Shown here one piece after another: positions 32,857-41,375 of a stretch of 41,375 bases of DNA. The stretch is from the IMG/VR virus record IMGVR_UViG_3300043393_000053, positions 1 through 41,375 of that record; one strand, 5' to 3'. Under the pieces are notes generated by a model that worked only from the letters and a program-made list of their open reading frames with translations, was not told the DNA's origin and searched no databases. Numbering within the stretch: the first letter of the stretch is position 1; each line of letters starts with the position of its first letter. This DNA is from a virus. Taxonomy: Duplodnaviria; Caudoviricetes. Both the position numbers and the translations under genes were made by a program.

Positions 32857-33602
32857 ACGATACCGGCCAATCTCAACCGATGCGCTCAGGCGCAGGCGGG
32901 CAATTCGGTAACCGCGTATCCACCGGCCAGATGGGCGATGGCAACACCCTGCCAAACATGATGGTCCCCCAGGGTCAGCAGTACCGCAACAGCGGATTGG
33001 CTCGATTTGGTGCGAATCAAGGCAACTACACGCCCACCCCATACAATCCGCAGCAATTCACCCCGCGCACGTTCACGAGCGGAACCACTCCAGTCGGCCA
33101 GCAAGGGCAGGGCACGCAACAAGGCGGGCGGATTGGATTCACTGACCCGAGCGGGCACGGAACAGGCGGGCAGGGATCACCCTACAGCATTCCAACGGGT
33201 GGGTCTTCCTCACTCGGCAATGGGCAGACGATCTACTATGGAGATGGCAGCAACAAGGGGCTATCTCCCGGGATCGCGCGTGGAATCGGAATGATTGGCG
33301 GTGGGCTTATGGGGTCCCCAATTGCGGGTGGGGTACTCGGTCAAGTCATGTCGGGTGCTGGTGCATCGACGGCCGGAAACATGGGGACTCAGCCCTATAG
33401 CGATGCCCGCAATAGCGGGGGCTATACCGACCCAAGTGGAAGCGGGAATGGCATGGGAACGACCTACGGAAACTTAGGCGGCGGGCAAGGTACGCACTTC
33501 AGCGATGCGGCGACCAGCGCCCCAAGCGCTCCGACATCATCGCCGGATGCCTACCGTGGTGACCGCCGAACTGCACAAACCACGTCCAATGGAGGCAAGT
33601 GA
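32853..33602 (+). CDS. Gly-rich low-complexity protein (putative ejection protein)
   Basis: GGAGG RBS; glycine-zipper-like segment. Confidence 0.6.
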   Translation: MNDTGQSQPMRSGAGGQFGNRVSTGQMGDGNTLPNMMVPQGQQYRNSGLARFGANQGNYTPTPYNPQQFTPRTFTSGTTPVGQQGQGTQQGGRIGFTDPSGHGTGGQGSPYSIPTGGSSSLGNGQTIYYGDGSNKGLSPGIARGIGMIGGGLMGSPIAGGVLGQVMSGAGASTAGNMGTQPYSDARNSGGYTDPSGSGNGMGTTYGNLGGGQGTHFSDAATSAPSAPTSSPDAYRGDRRTAQTTSNGGK

Positions 33603-34093
33603 TGGGCCTCAGCAAGTCCGAATTGTGTGCCGTACTTTCATATGATTCGACAACAGGCATTTTTGTTTGGATAAAATCACTATCTAATGTTGTTAAAGTC
33701 GGCTCTATTGCCGGGAAAATTGGCAAAGATGGGCGCAGAGATATTTGCGTAGCGCGCAAGATTTACAAAGCCCACCGGCTGGCTTGGCTTTATGTTTATG
33801 GTGTTTGGCCGACAAACGTAATTGACCATATTGACGGAGACAACGGCAACAACCGGATTGATAATCTTCGTGATGTTGTTCAATCGACAAATATGCAAAA
33901 CATGCGCAAAGCCCGCATGGATAGCAAATCACAAAGCCTTGGCGTGCACTGTATAAAAAGCAGCGGTAAATTTAGGGCGCAGCTAAAGGTAGACGGCATG
34001 ACTCGGCACATTGGATGTTTTGATAGCAAAGATGACGCGCATGCTGCGTATATTTCTGCAAAACGCCTATTTCATGAAGGTTGCACGCTATGA
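33602..34093 (+). CDS. HNH homing endonuclease (HNH + AP2-like)
   Basis: YKAHRLAWLYVYG.WP...IDHIDGD..NNRIDNLR; AT-rich. Confidence 0.9.
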   Translation: MGLSKSELCAVLSYDSTTGIFVWIKSLSNVVKVGSIAGKIGKDGRRDICVARKIYKAHRLAWLYVYGVWPTNVIDHIDGDNGNNRIDNLRDVVQSTNMQNMRKARMDSKSQSLGVHCIKSSGKFRAQLKVDGMTRHIGCFDSKDDAHAAYISAKRLFHEGCTL

Positions 34094-35406
34094 GCGGCTT
34101 GCTTGATCTACTCCAGTCTGATGATCCCGCAGTAAAGCAGGGCATCCTGCAATTCGGCCTTGGCCTCCTGAGCAGCAAAGGAAACTTCGGCAACGCGCTT
34201 GGCAATGCCGGGCAACAGGGCCTAGCGGGGGCATTGCAGTACGGGGACCGGCAGCGGGCAAACAAGCGCGCGGGGTTGCAGGATCAACTGACGCAGGGGC
34301 AAGTGCAGCAAATGCAACGTCAACAGGACTTGCAAGCCCTGCCCGGGCAGTTCATGCAACCCGCCATGAAGCCAGCAACGATGGATAACCGCGACGTGGG
34401 CCAGCCCGGCGAACAAGCGGTTAACCCTGCTTCGTTCGATACGCAGGGCTACCTGACAGCACTGCAAGGCAAAGACCCGATGGCAGCGCTGCAATTCCAG
34501 CAGGCAATGGCAAAACCGCTTTCCAAGTTTTCATCGAAACAAGAATACGACCAAAACGGTCGCGCTTATCTCACTGATGAACAAGGCAACGTCAAGTATT
34601 TGCAGGGTCCAAATGGGCCAATTTCTGCCCGTGAAAAAGCTGAATTTGTCAATGGAGTTGCAGTTAATCCGTATGCCGTCAAGCCAGGCACTGTCGGCCC
34701 CGCAAACCCAAATCAACCGTTCAATCTCGGCGCTGATGGCAAGCCAATCGCAAACAAAGCTTATCAAGACTACGTACTAAACAACTCGCGCGCGGGGGCA
34801 TCTAGCACGAACGTCAGTTATGGTGCGCCAATAGCCGGGGTTGATGAATCCGGGAAGTCTGTTTTCTTCCAACCGGACAAAGGCGGAGGCAGGCCCGCAA
34901 TCGTTGCTGGCGTTCGCCCTCCAAAAGACCCGAACGCTGACAAGCCGCTTACTGAGTCTCAAGGAAACGCTACCTCATTTGCGGCTCGCATGCGTGACGC
35001 CTCGGCGGTACTCGTGCCGTTGGAAGAAAAGGGAATCGGATCGGGCGATGCGGCTGTGATGGCGGCGAATAGCAACTTAACGAATTGGGCATCCAACCCC
35101 GAAGCGCGGCAGTATGCACAAGGCGCCCGGAATTGGGTTAGCGCTAATCTTCGCAAGGAATCAGGCGCAGCAATTCCAGACTCTGAAATGGCGGCGGAAC
35201 TCAAGAAGTATTTCCCGCAGCCAGGAGAAGATGCGGCGACGCGGAAGCAAAAGGCGCAGGCACGCGCAGTAGCGGAAGAGGGCATGCTTGTGCAAGCTGG
35301 GCCAGGTGCAAAACAAGTTCCCGGTATTCTTTCGCGCGGCGGCTCGAAGGCGGCCAAACCAACCGATATCCACAGCCAAGCGGATGCAATCCTTCGGGGT
35401 GAATGA
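34090..35406 (+). CDS. DNA ejection protein
   Basis: LTESQGNA..FA.RM, LRKESGAAI..SE.....KYFPQPGE motifs. Confidence 0.75.
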   Translation: MSGLLDLLQSDDPAVKQGILQFGLGLLSSKGNFGNALGNAGQQGLAGALQYGDRQRANKRAGLQDQLTQGQVQQMQRQQDLQALPGQFMQPAMKPATMDNRDVGQPGEQAVNPASFDTQGYLTALQGKDPMAALQFQQAMAKPLSKFSSKQEYDQNGRAYLTDEQGNVKYLQGPNGPISAREKAEFVNGVAVNPYAVKPGTVGPANPNQPFNLGADGKPIANKAYQDYVLNNSRAGASSTNVSYGAPIAGVDESGKSVFFQPDKGGGRPAIVAGVRPPKDPNADKPLTESQGNATSFAARMRDASAVLVPLEEKGIGSGDAAVMAANSNLTNWASNPEARQYAQGARNWVSANLRKESGAAIPDSEMAAELKKYFPQPGEDAATRKQKAQARAVAEEGMLVQAGPGAKQVPGILSRGGSKAAKPTDIHSQADAILRGE

Positions 35407-37481
35407 TGGCAACAGCCGACGAATACGCAGCATGGATCGTCCAAAACGCCGACAAGAAGGGCACGCCAGCCTTTGATACTGTCGCGGCTGCGTACAAGGA
35501 TGCGCGGGCCAGTGCGGAGCCGCCTGCGGGCGATGCAAAAGCAAAGGGCACGGGCAGTGTCGCGCTTGACTCCGGGAACGCCATCGGCACCGGCTACATG
35601 CGCAGCTTGGCTGGCCTCGCTGGCTTACCCGTGGACACGGCTGCAAACGTTATCGACCTTGGCAAAGCCGGCCTGGGCACGGCTTACACCGCGGCCACCG
35701 GCAAGCCTGCGCCAGACATGCTGCAACTTGGTGACCGCAGCAACGTTCCTGGCACCTCCGCATGGCTGATGGACAAGGCGCGCAAGACGGAAACCGGCCG
35801 CACTTTGCTTGACCCTGCGAACCCTGACTATGAAGGCGGCTATCTCCAGGCTGCGGGCGGTGGCGCGGGGGCGATCATGAACCCATCAAGCGGCGGGCAA
35901 GCAGTCAATCAAGGACTCCTAGGTATCCTTGGGAACCTGTTCGCAAAAGGCACCAAAGACGTGACCGGCAATGATGCGCTGGCAGTGGCGGCCAGCATGC
36001 TGCCGCTCGGCGCGCAACGCGCAGTGACCGAAGGCGGACGGCACATCATTCGCGGAGGTGAGGAAGGGCGCGCGGCAATGGCACAGCGCATCCAAGACCT
36101 CAAAGCGGCGGGCATTGACCATCCGACGCTCGGGCTGGCCTCTGGGAACGGCACGATTGGAGCAACCGAAAACCTCCTGTCAAATGCTCCCGGTGCAGTT
36201 GGCATCATGCGCAATGCACGCGAGCAGGCTATTACCGGGCTGCAAAACAAGGTAGGCGAGGCGGCGGCGTCAGCATCGCCAAACCGTGGCGCAGTTGCGG
36301 CAGGGCAGGGCATCCAATCTGGATTGAACGGCACATTCAAGGATGCCTTTAAAGCGAAGCAGGGCGCGCTTTACAACAACCTTGAAAGCCAGATCGGCAG
36401 CAATACGCCGATGCAGACGCCTGCAACGCAAAACGCGCTGGGCCTGTTGAATGCAGATATCCCGGGGGCGCCAGCTCTGTCGCAGTTCTTCAAGAATGGG
36501 AAGATCCTTTCCCTTGAAGATGCGTTGCACAACGACCTGAACGCACGGCCGGCGTACACACCATCGCAACTCCGTGCGGCGCTGGCCACGAACCCCGCAG
36601 GCCCGCAGGCGCTTGATGCCGCGCTTGGTGGCGGCCAATTGCCATTCCAGGCGATCAAGCAAACGCGCACATTGGTCGGCAATGAAATTGCGGACAATTC
36701 GCTCTTGAGTGATGTCCCGCGCAGCAAGTGGAATCCGCTCTATGGCGCGTTGTCGGAAGACATGCAGGGGGCCGCGCAGAAGTCAGGCCCTGGCGCGACG
36801 GCGGCATTTGATCGTGCGAACAACTACACGCGCGCAGGCATCGACCGCATGGAGCGGGTCGCACCGTTTGCTGATCGGCCTGCACCAGAACAGTCGTTTA
36901 CCTCGCTGGCCAGCACGCTTGGTGAAAACGTCTCGACTTTCCAGGCTGTCAAGAAGTCGCTGCCGGAAGGTGCCCGCGGGCAAATCGCTGGGACGGTGAT
37001 CGAGCGACTCGGCAGAGCAACCAACGGGGTGCAGAACGATACCGGCACGGCGTGGAGTCCCGAAACCTTCCTGACCAACTGGAACAAGATGACGCCGACC
37101 GGGCAGCGTGAATTGCTTTCGGGGTTCCCCAATTCTTCGCAGGTTGCCGCCGATGTAAACGCCGCAGCTAAAGCGGCAAGCTTGATGCGCGACAACTCCA
37201 AGCTGTGGGCTAACCCGTCGGGCACTGCGGCGAACCTGACGGCCCGAGGCACCATCGGCGGCATCGGCCTGGGCACGGTCGGATCGCTGCTGGGCCTTGT
37301 GCCGTGGGCTATCCCGGCTGCTGCTGCGGGCGCAACGCTGGGCAGCAACCTCGCGGCCCGCGCATTGACAAGCGACCGACTCGTGAACTATGGAGCTACC
37401 AAGTCTGGCGACCCGTCAGCCCTTAGTGCAGCACAGGCAAGAACATTGTTCGGTCTGCTATCGCAGCAGCAAGGCAACTAG
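35403..37481 (+). CDS. Large DNA ejection protein
   Basis: 692 aa, A/G-rich, NPSGTA motif and hydrophobic C-terminus. Confidence 0.75.
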   Translation: MMATADEYAAWIVQNADKKGTPAFDTVAAAYKDARASAEPPAGDAKAKGTGSVALDSGNAIGTGYMRSLAGLAGLPVDTAANVIDLGKAGLGTAYTAATGKPAPDMLQLGDRSNVPGTSAWLMDKARKTETGRTLLDPANPDYEGGYLQAAGGGAGAIMNPSSGGQAVNQGLLGILGNLFAKGTKDVTGNDALAVAASMLPLGAQRAVTEGGRHIIRGGEEGRAAMAQRIQDLKAAGIDHPTLGLASGNGTIGATENLLSNAPGAVGIMRNAREQAITGLQNKVGEAAASASPNRGAVAAGQGIQSGLNGTFKDAFKAKQGALYNNLESQIGSNTPMQTPATQNALGLLNADIPGAPALSQFFKNGKILSLEDALHNDLNARPAYTPSQLRAALATNPAGPQALDAALGGGQLPFQAIKQTRTLVGNEIADNSLLSDVPRSKWNPLYGALSEDMQGAAQKSGPGATAAFDRANNYTRAGIDRMERVAPFADRPAPEQSFTSLASTLGENVSTFQAVKKSLPEGARGQIAGTVIERLGRATNGVQNDTGTAWSPETFLTNWNKMTPTGQRELLSGFPNSSQVAADVNAAAKAASLMRDNSKLWANPSGTAANLTARGTIGGIGLGTVGSLLGLVPWAIPAAAAGATLGSNLAARALTSDRLVNYGATKSGDPSALSAAQARTLFGLLSQQQGN

Positions 37482-37581
37482 AGTCGCAATGCACACGACC
37501 CACACCAACACCGGCAGAAAGAACCGGAACGCTGACCCAAAATCCTGTGTTTCCTGATCGTCATCCAAAGGTTTCAATCTC

Positions 37582-38406
37582 ATGCCCGTCCCTTCACTTA
37601 TCACCGACCTCTCGACTGTAGCCGCAAGCAACAGCCCTGACGGTGCGAGCGAATCCCCAAAGCTAGGGGATGACTACATCCGCACCTATGGGGCATTCAT
37701 TGCTCAGATTCGGGACATGCTGAATGGCACGTCAAATAGCGGGACGATCAAGAACCCGGTCTTCAGTGGCACCAGCACAGGAACGATCACCATTGCTGGC
37801 GCTACCCTGCCCAGCCCGACGATCAGTGGCACGCCAGTTATCAGCAGCGCGGCAGTTACGTGGAGCGGGAACCCGACGCATAGCGGAAATCACACTTGGA
37901 GTGGGACTCAGACGTTCAATGGAGCAGCGACATTCGGTGGAGCCGTAACATTTTCTTCATTACCGCGCGGGTTTGCCAATGTTGCAGGTAAAGCAACTAC
38001 TACAAGCCGCGCAAGTAATACTTCATTCACAAGCGATCCTGATTTATACGTTACCCTGACGCCCGGTTCATATGCCCTTGATTTGTACATTCCTTTATGG
38101 TCTGCATCCTCTGGGACAGGTGGGTTCAAGTGGCAATTTGCTTTCAGCGGAACAACTAGCGCACCAACTTCTTTCGGAATTACTGGCGCTCTAAATAATA
38201 ATGCAGTTGCCACGAACATAGTGGTTACTAGTGCAGGGTATACAAACCTATCAACTTCAGCATACTTAGACTATTTGTCTTTCCGAGGAATAATTGTTGT
38301 CGCAACAGGTGGCCTTCTCGAATTCCAGTGGGGGCAATTTTCGTCAAGTGTTGGGGCAACAAATGTTGGTGCGGGTGCTTGGCTAGTTGCAACTAAGTTG
38401 ACCTAA
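37582..38406 (+). CDS. Short tail fibre / receptor-binding protein 1
   Basis: ITDLSTVAASNSP...GDDYIR anchor; S/T/G-rich shaft. Confidence 0.7.
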   Translation: MPVPSLITDLSTVAASNSPDGASESPKLGDDYIRTYGAFIAQIRDMLNGTSNSGTIKNPVFSGTSTGTITIAGATLPSPTISGTPVISSAAVTWSGNPTHSGNHTWSGTQTFNGAATFGGAVTFSSLPRGFANVAGKATTTSRASNTSFTSDPDLYVTLTPGSYALDLYIPLWSASSGTGGFKWQFAFSGTTSAPTSFGITGALNNNAVATNIVVTSAGYTNLSTSAYLDYLSFRGIIVVATGGLLEFQWGQFSSSVGATNVGAGAWLVATKLT

Positions 38407-38882
38407 AAATGTTGCTCAATCATCAAATGCAAAGCAGCATCTTTGACCCCAACCCTAGGAATAAGCCCCAGACGCACGGCATATTCGCCCGCATGGATGG
38501 CGATGCTAGGGGCTATGAGAAAAGCCAATGCTCGGCCATCTCGATAGCAGATGATGTTGGGGTTGGTAGAAGCCTCGGCGCGCTCGCAATATTGAGGGCC
38601 AAATACTCTGCCATAGCCTGTGATTGCCCCAACGGTCAGTGCAGCGCTGAACCCATGCACTTGGTCAGTCTCGAAGGTTTCGGCCGCGTAGACACTCTGG
38701 CGCCCGTAGCTGTTGCGGTAGGTGCCGAGAGTCAAGCCGCTGTCAAAGCGAGCATAGATGCCGGGGTTGATGCCGTTCAGCCCACCGTGTTGATGGGCAG
38801 ACACCAAATGCAGGCCGACCGTTTGGGCGCTCGCTGCAAGGTGGAAGAAAAGCGCGAAGAGTGCGAAGATACGGGTAACCAT
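38403..38882 (-). CDS. Exported beta-barrel-like protein (PagP-like moron)
   Basis: Signal peptide; GLHLVSAH...NGINPGIY...GTYRNSYGRQSVY...GAITGY; C-terminal Phe; opposite strand. Confidence 0.65.
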   Translation of the reverse strand: MVTRIFALFALFFHLAASAQTVGLHLVSAHQHGGLNGINPGIYARFDSGLTLGTYRNSYGRQSVYAAETFETDQVHGFSAALTVGAITGYGRVFGPQYCERAEASTNPNIICYRDGRALAFLIAPSIAIHAGEYAVRLGLIPRVGVKDAALHLMIEQHF

Positions 38883-38990
38883 GTTGGACTCCAATCAGTT
38901 CAGTGTGGCCAGAAGCGGGGCGGTGTTGATAGCACCTGTCCCGCTTCGTCATTGTTGCGCCAGATGGCACAGAAAAGCAAGGGGGCCTAA

Positions 38991-40892
38991 GTGCCGATTC
39001 CCGCGACTAGAACCGATCTAAACGCTGTTGCTGCGTCAAATTACCCAGCGGGTAATGAAAACCCCATCCAGGGTGATGACCACCTGCGCGTTCATGCGGC
39101 ATTCATCCGGCAGAACTACGATGACATCCTGCTACGCACGGTAGCCGCAGACCTTGCAGACACTGCCAATGCAGCCAAGGGCTCCGCATTAGTCAAATCA
39201 AACCCAACATTGAACTACGCCGTTCAAACCATCGGCGCGCAGTTCATTGATGATGGCGTGAATTTGCTGTGGTTTGTTACCACCGATGCAGAGCGAAATG
39301 CGATCAAGGCCGGTACCAGCACCACTGATCACACAGCACTTATGACAGCCGCTTTGGCAGTGTCATCTGACATCGTCCTTCCGGTCGGTCGAATGAATTT
39401 CGGTGACGTCGTGATCAGCAAGCGCGGAACACGAATTCGCGGGAAGGGCAAGCGGTCTGCCTGGGTGCATACGGGCTCAGGAATCGCAATTGACTTTCAG
39501 GACACATCGGCCGGCCCGGTGTTCCCATCCGCTCGCAATGCCTACGTTCAAGATGGCGACTACTACCTCGGCGACTTGAGCCTGTATGTCAGCGGCACGA
39601 CGGGCCTTGACCTTGGGAAGTATCGAAGCACAGGAACGGTGATTGAGCGCGTCTACATGATGCCGTTTACCTATTACAACTCCCTTACCAGCAGCACATA
39701 CGCAGCCGGGAAGGTTGCGATCTCATGCAATAACGTAGTGTGGACTGGTGCAAGTGAGTCAACCTATGGAATCAAGATTCGAGACTGCACGATCAGCGGA
39801 TTTGAGGATGTTTGTTACCTGAACGAGGTAGTTAATTTTTGGCAGATTTCAGGTTTTTACTGCATCGATAACCTGCGGCACATCAACCTTGCATCGGCGC
39901 CCGGTGTTCAACCCGGAGTCACTGGAATTCGTGTTCACGACTGCTATTTCGAGAGTGGGGTAGCGGCAGCTCGTGGCGTTGTATTTGGCTCAGGCGGTGG
40001 AAATTTCATCACCATCACTGACAGTGCATTTGAGTTCACCAATGTCGCAGCGACACAATATGTCTATGACTTCAGTGCAGGCGGGGTGTGGGCTGATATT
40101 AATGCACGCGATAACAAGTACCTTTTGCAAGGCGACGGGGGCGCTGTAAATAGCAAACGCATCATTGGTACAGCTCCGCTCAGTTTCATTGAATCCGGAC
40201 GGAGCTACAACAGCGCAGCACTCGGAACATTGCCAATGACCTGGGCACCCGGAACCCTTCCGGCAACACCTTGGCAGTATCCAGCGAACATGCGATTTGG
40301 CGGCTATCAGCAAGGTGTCGGGTATGTCCGTCTTGGCCGAAATGATACCGATGGTGCTGACTCTTTGCTTTCGCAAGATGGGTCCGGGAATCTTGGCTTC
40401 AGTGCGTACAACGATGTATTGTTGCAGACGGGAGGAACGACTCCAGTAACCCGATGGACGATTTTGAACGGTGGGACTCTTCAGCCGTTCGTGGACAACT
40501 CCTATGCATTTGGGCAGGCATCGAAACGCTGTTCTGTCGTTTACTCGGCGACGGCTGCGATCAATACATCTGATGAAAATAGCAAGGAACAGATCGAAGA
40601 CATTCCAGTCGAATGGCTGGGCGCCTGGGCTGATGTGAAGTGGCAGCGGTTCAAGTTTCGGGACGCTGTTTCAGTGAAGGCAGATGGTGCACGTTGGCAC
40701 ATCGGGCTTATCGCACAAAAAGTTCATGGTGTTTTCAAGGCGCACGGAATCGATGCGCTGAAAATTGGCTTGCTGTGCTTTGACGAATGGATCGATGAAA
40801 GCGGGGTTAAGCAATCGCGCTACGGCATTCGGTATGAAGAGGCTCTGGCTTTGGAGTCAGCGTATATCCGGCACATCATTGGAAATCGATGA
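38991..40892 (+). CDS. Tailspike / receptor-binding protein 2 with C-terminal peptidase S74 chaperone
   Basis: Beta-helix-like body; TSDENSKEQI...HIGLIAQ...RYGIRYEE. Confidence 0.88.
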   Translation: MPIPATRTDLNAVAASNYPAGNENPIQGDDHLRVHAAFIRQNYDDILLRTVAADLADTANAAKGSALVKSNPTLNYAVQTIGAQFIDDGVNLLWFVTTDAERNAIKAGTSTTDHTALMTAALAVSSDIVLPVGRMNFGDVVISKRGTRIRGKGKRSAWVHTGSGIAIDFQDTSAGPVFPSARNAYVQDGDYYLGDLSLYVSGTTGLDLGKYRSTGTVIERVYMMPFTYYNSLTSSTYAAGKVAISCNNVVWTGASESTYGIKIRDCTISGFEDVCYLNEVVNFWQISGFYCIDNLRHINLASAPGVQPGVTGIRVHDCYFESGVAAARGVVFGSGGGNFITITDSAFEFTNVAATQYVYDFSAGGVWADINARDNKYLLQGDGGAVNSKRIIGTAPLSFIESGRSYNSAALGTLPMTWAPGTLPATPWQYPANMRFGGYQQGVGYVRLGRNDTDGADSLLSQDGSGNLGFSAYNDVLLQTGGTTPVTRWTILNGGTLQPFVDNSYAFGQASKRCSVVYSATAAINTSDENSKEQIEDIPVEWLGAWADVKWQRFKFRDAVSVKADGARWHIGLIAQKVHGVFKAHGIDALKIGLLCFDEWIDESGVKQSRYGIRYEEALALESAYIRHIIGNR

Positions 40893-41305
40893 TTCCAACC
40901 TTGCACGACGCCATGTCTCAAACCGACTTCTCCCCCTTCTCCCATGAAGACAGCATCCCGACCCAGCTCGACGCGATTCGCGCCAGGCTTGATGAGGATC
41001 GCGACATCATTCGGGATCGCTTCACCAAAGGCGACTTGCGCATGTCCACGATTGAGGGCGGCCTGCGCTCCGTCGAGCGGGCGGTGGCCGAGAACACGGT
41101 CATCAGCCGCGAGAGCGCCGACACCTCTCGCGCGAATGCTGATGTGCTTGCAGACATCCGCGATGCGCAGGTGGTTGGGCGATCCATCATCAAGGTAGCC
41201 CGCTGGCTGACGCGACCGGTGCTGTGGCTTGGCACGTTGGCGGGGGCAGGGACTGCGATCTACGCCGCCTGGTACGCGTTCACCCACTCGGGGAAGATGC
41301 CGTGA
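40889..41305 (+). CDS. Coiled-coil membrane protein at the start of the lysis module
   Basis: C-terminal TM helix; continues across the circular junction into the holin. Confidence 0.7.
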   Translation: MIPTLHDAMSQTDFSPFSHEDSIPTQLDAIRARLDEDRDIIRDRFTKGDLRMSTIEGGLRSVERAVAENTVISRESADTSRANADVLADIRDAQVVGRSIIKVARWLTRPVLWLGTLAGAGTAIYAAWYAFTHSGKMP

Positions 41306-41375
41306 AGCGCTCGCATGTCTGGCTTGGCATCTGTGTATGCCTTATGTTCATTGCGGCAATCGTTGCCCTGTTCAT

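Noticed and set aside
37582-40892. Diversity-generating retroelement or invertible tail-fibre switch
   Set aside because: No reverse transcriptase, invertase, TR/VR pair or inverted crossover sites were seen
41249-41375. Terminal direct repeat as a biological genome end
   Set aside because: It is exactly 127 bp (a common assembler k-mer) and cuts through coding genes; best explained as circular-assembly overlap

Overview
The window is a complete, circularly assembled genome of about 41.25 kb from a GC-rich podovirus-like phage with lambdoid gene order. The first and last 127 bp are identical, which is an assembly overlap. Gene order: lysis module (54-2007); leftward early arm (1939-12062); divergent promoter/operator region with a Cro-like gene but no cI and no integrase; replication/nin genes (12220-17914); terminase, P22-like portal, accessory virion genes, scaffold, SU10-type capsid, tail, ejection proteins and two receptor-binding proteins (18069-40892). 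The outstanding feature is 2409-9533, a tandem array of 14 integron-type gene cassettes bounded by 13 full-length attC-like sites and one truncated site. The sites show R''/L''/L'/R' boxes and extrahelical bases. In all 14 cassettes the R'' box is the reverse complement of the sequence following the PREVIOUS crossover point, which is the footprint of cassettes that moved as units. Unlike bacterial integrons, every cargo gene lies on the opposite strand and is wired into the phage early leftward operon downstream of a Bet-like recombinase, and the genome encodes no IntI. The cargo includes recognisable anti-defence sponges (Tad1 and Acb2), a cytosine-methyltransferase-like gene and an HD (alarmone-hydrolase-like) gene. 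My reading is a phage-borne, inverted, integrase-less 'counter-defence integron' that may borrow a host IntI. All protein assignments are from motif recognition by eye; no database searches were run.
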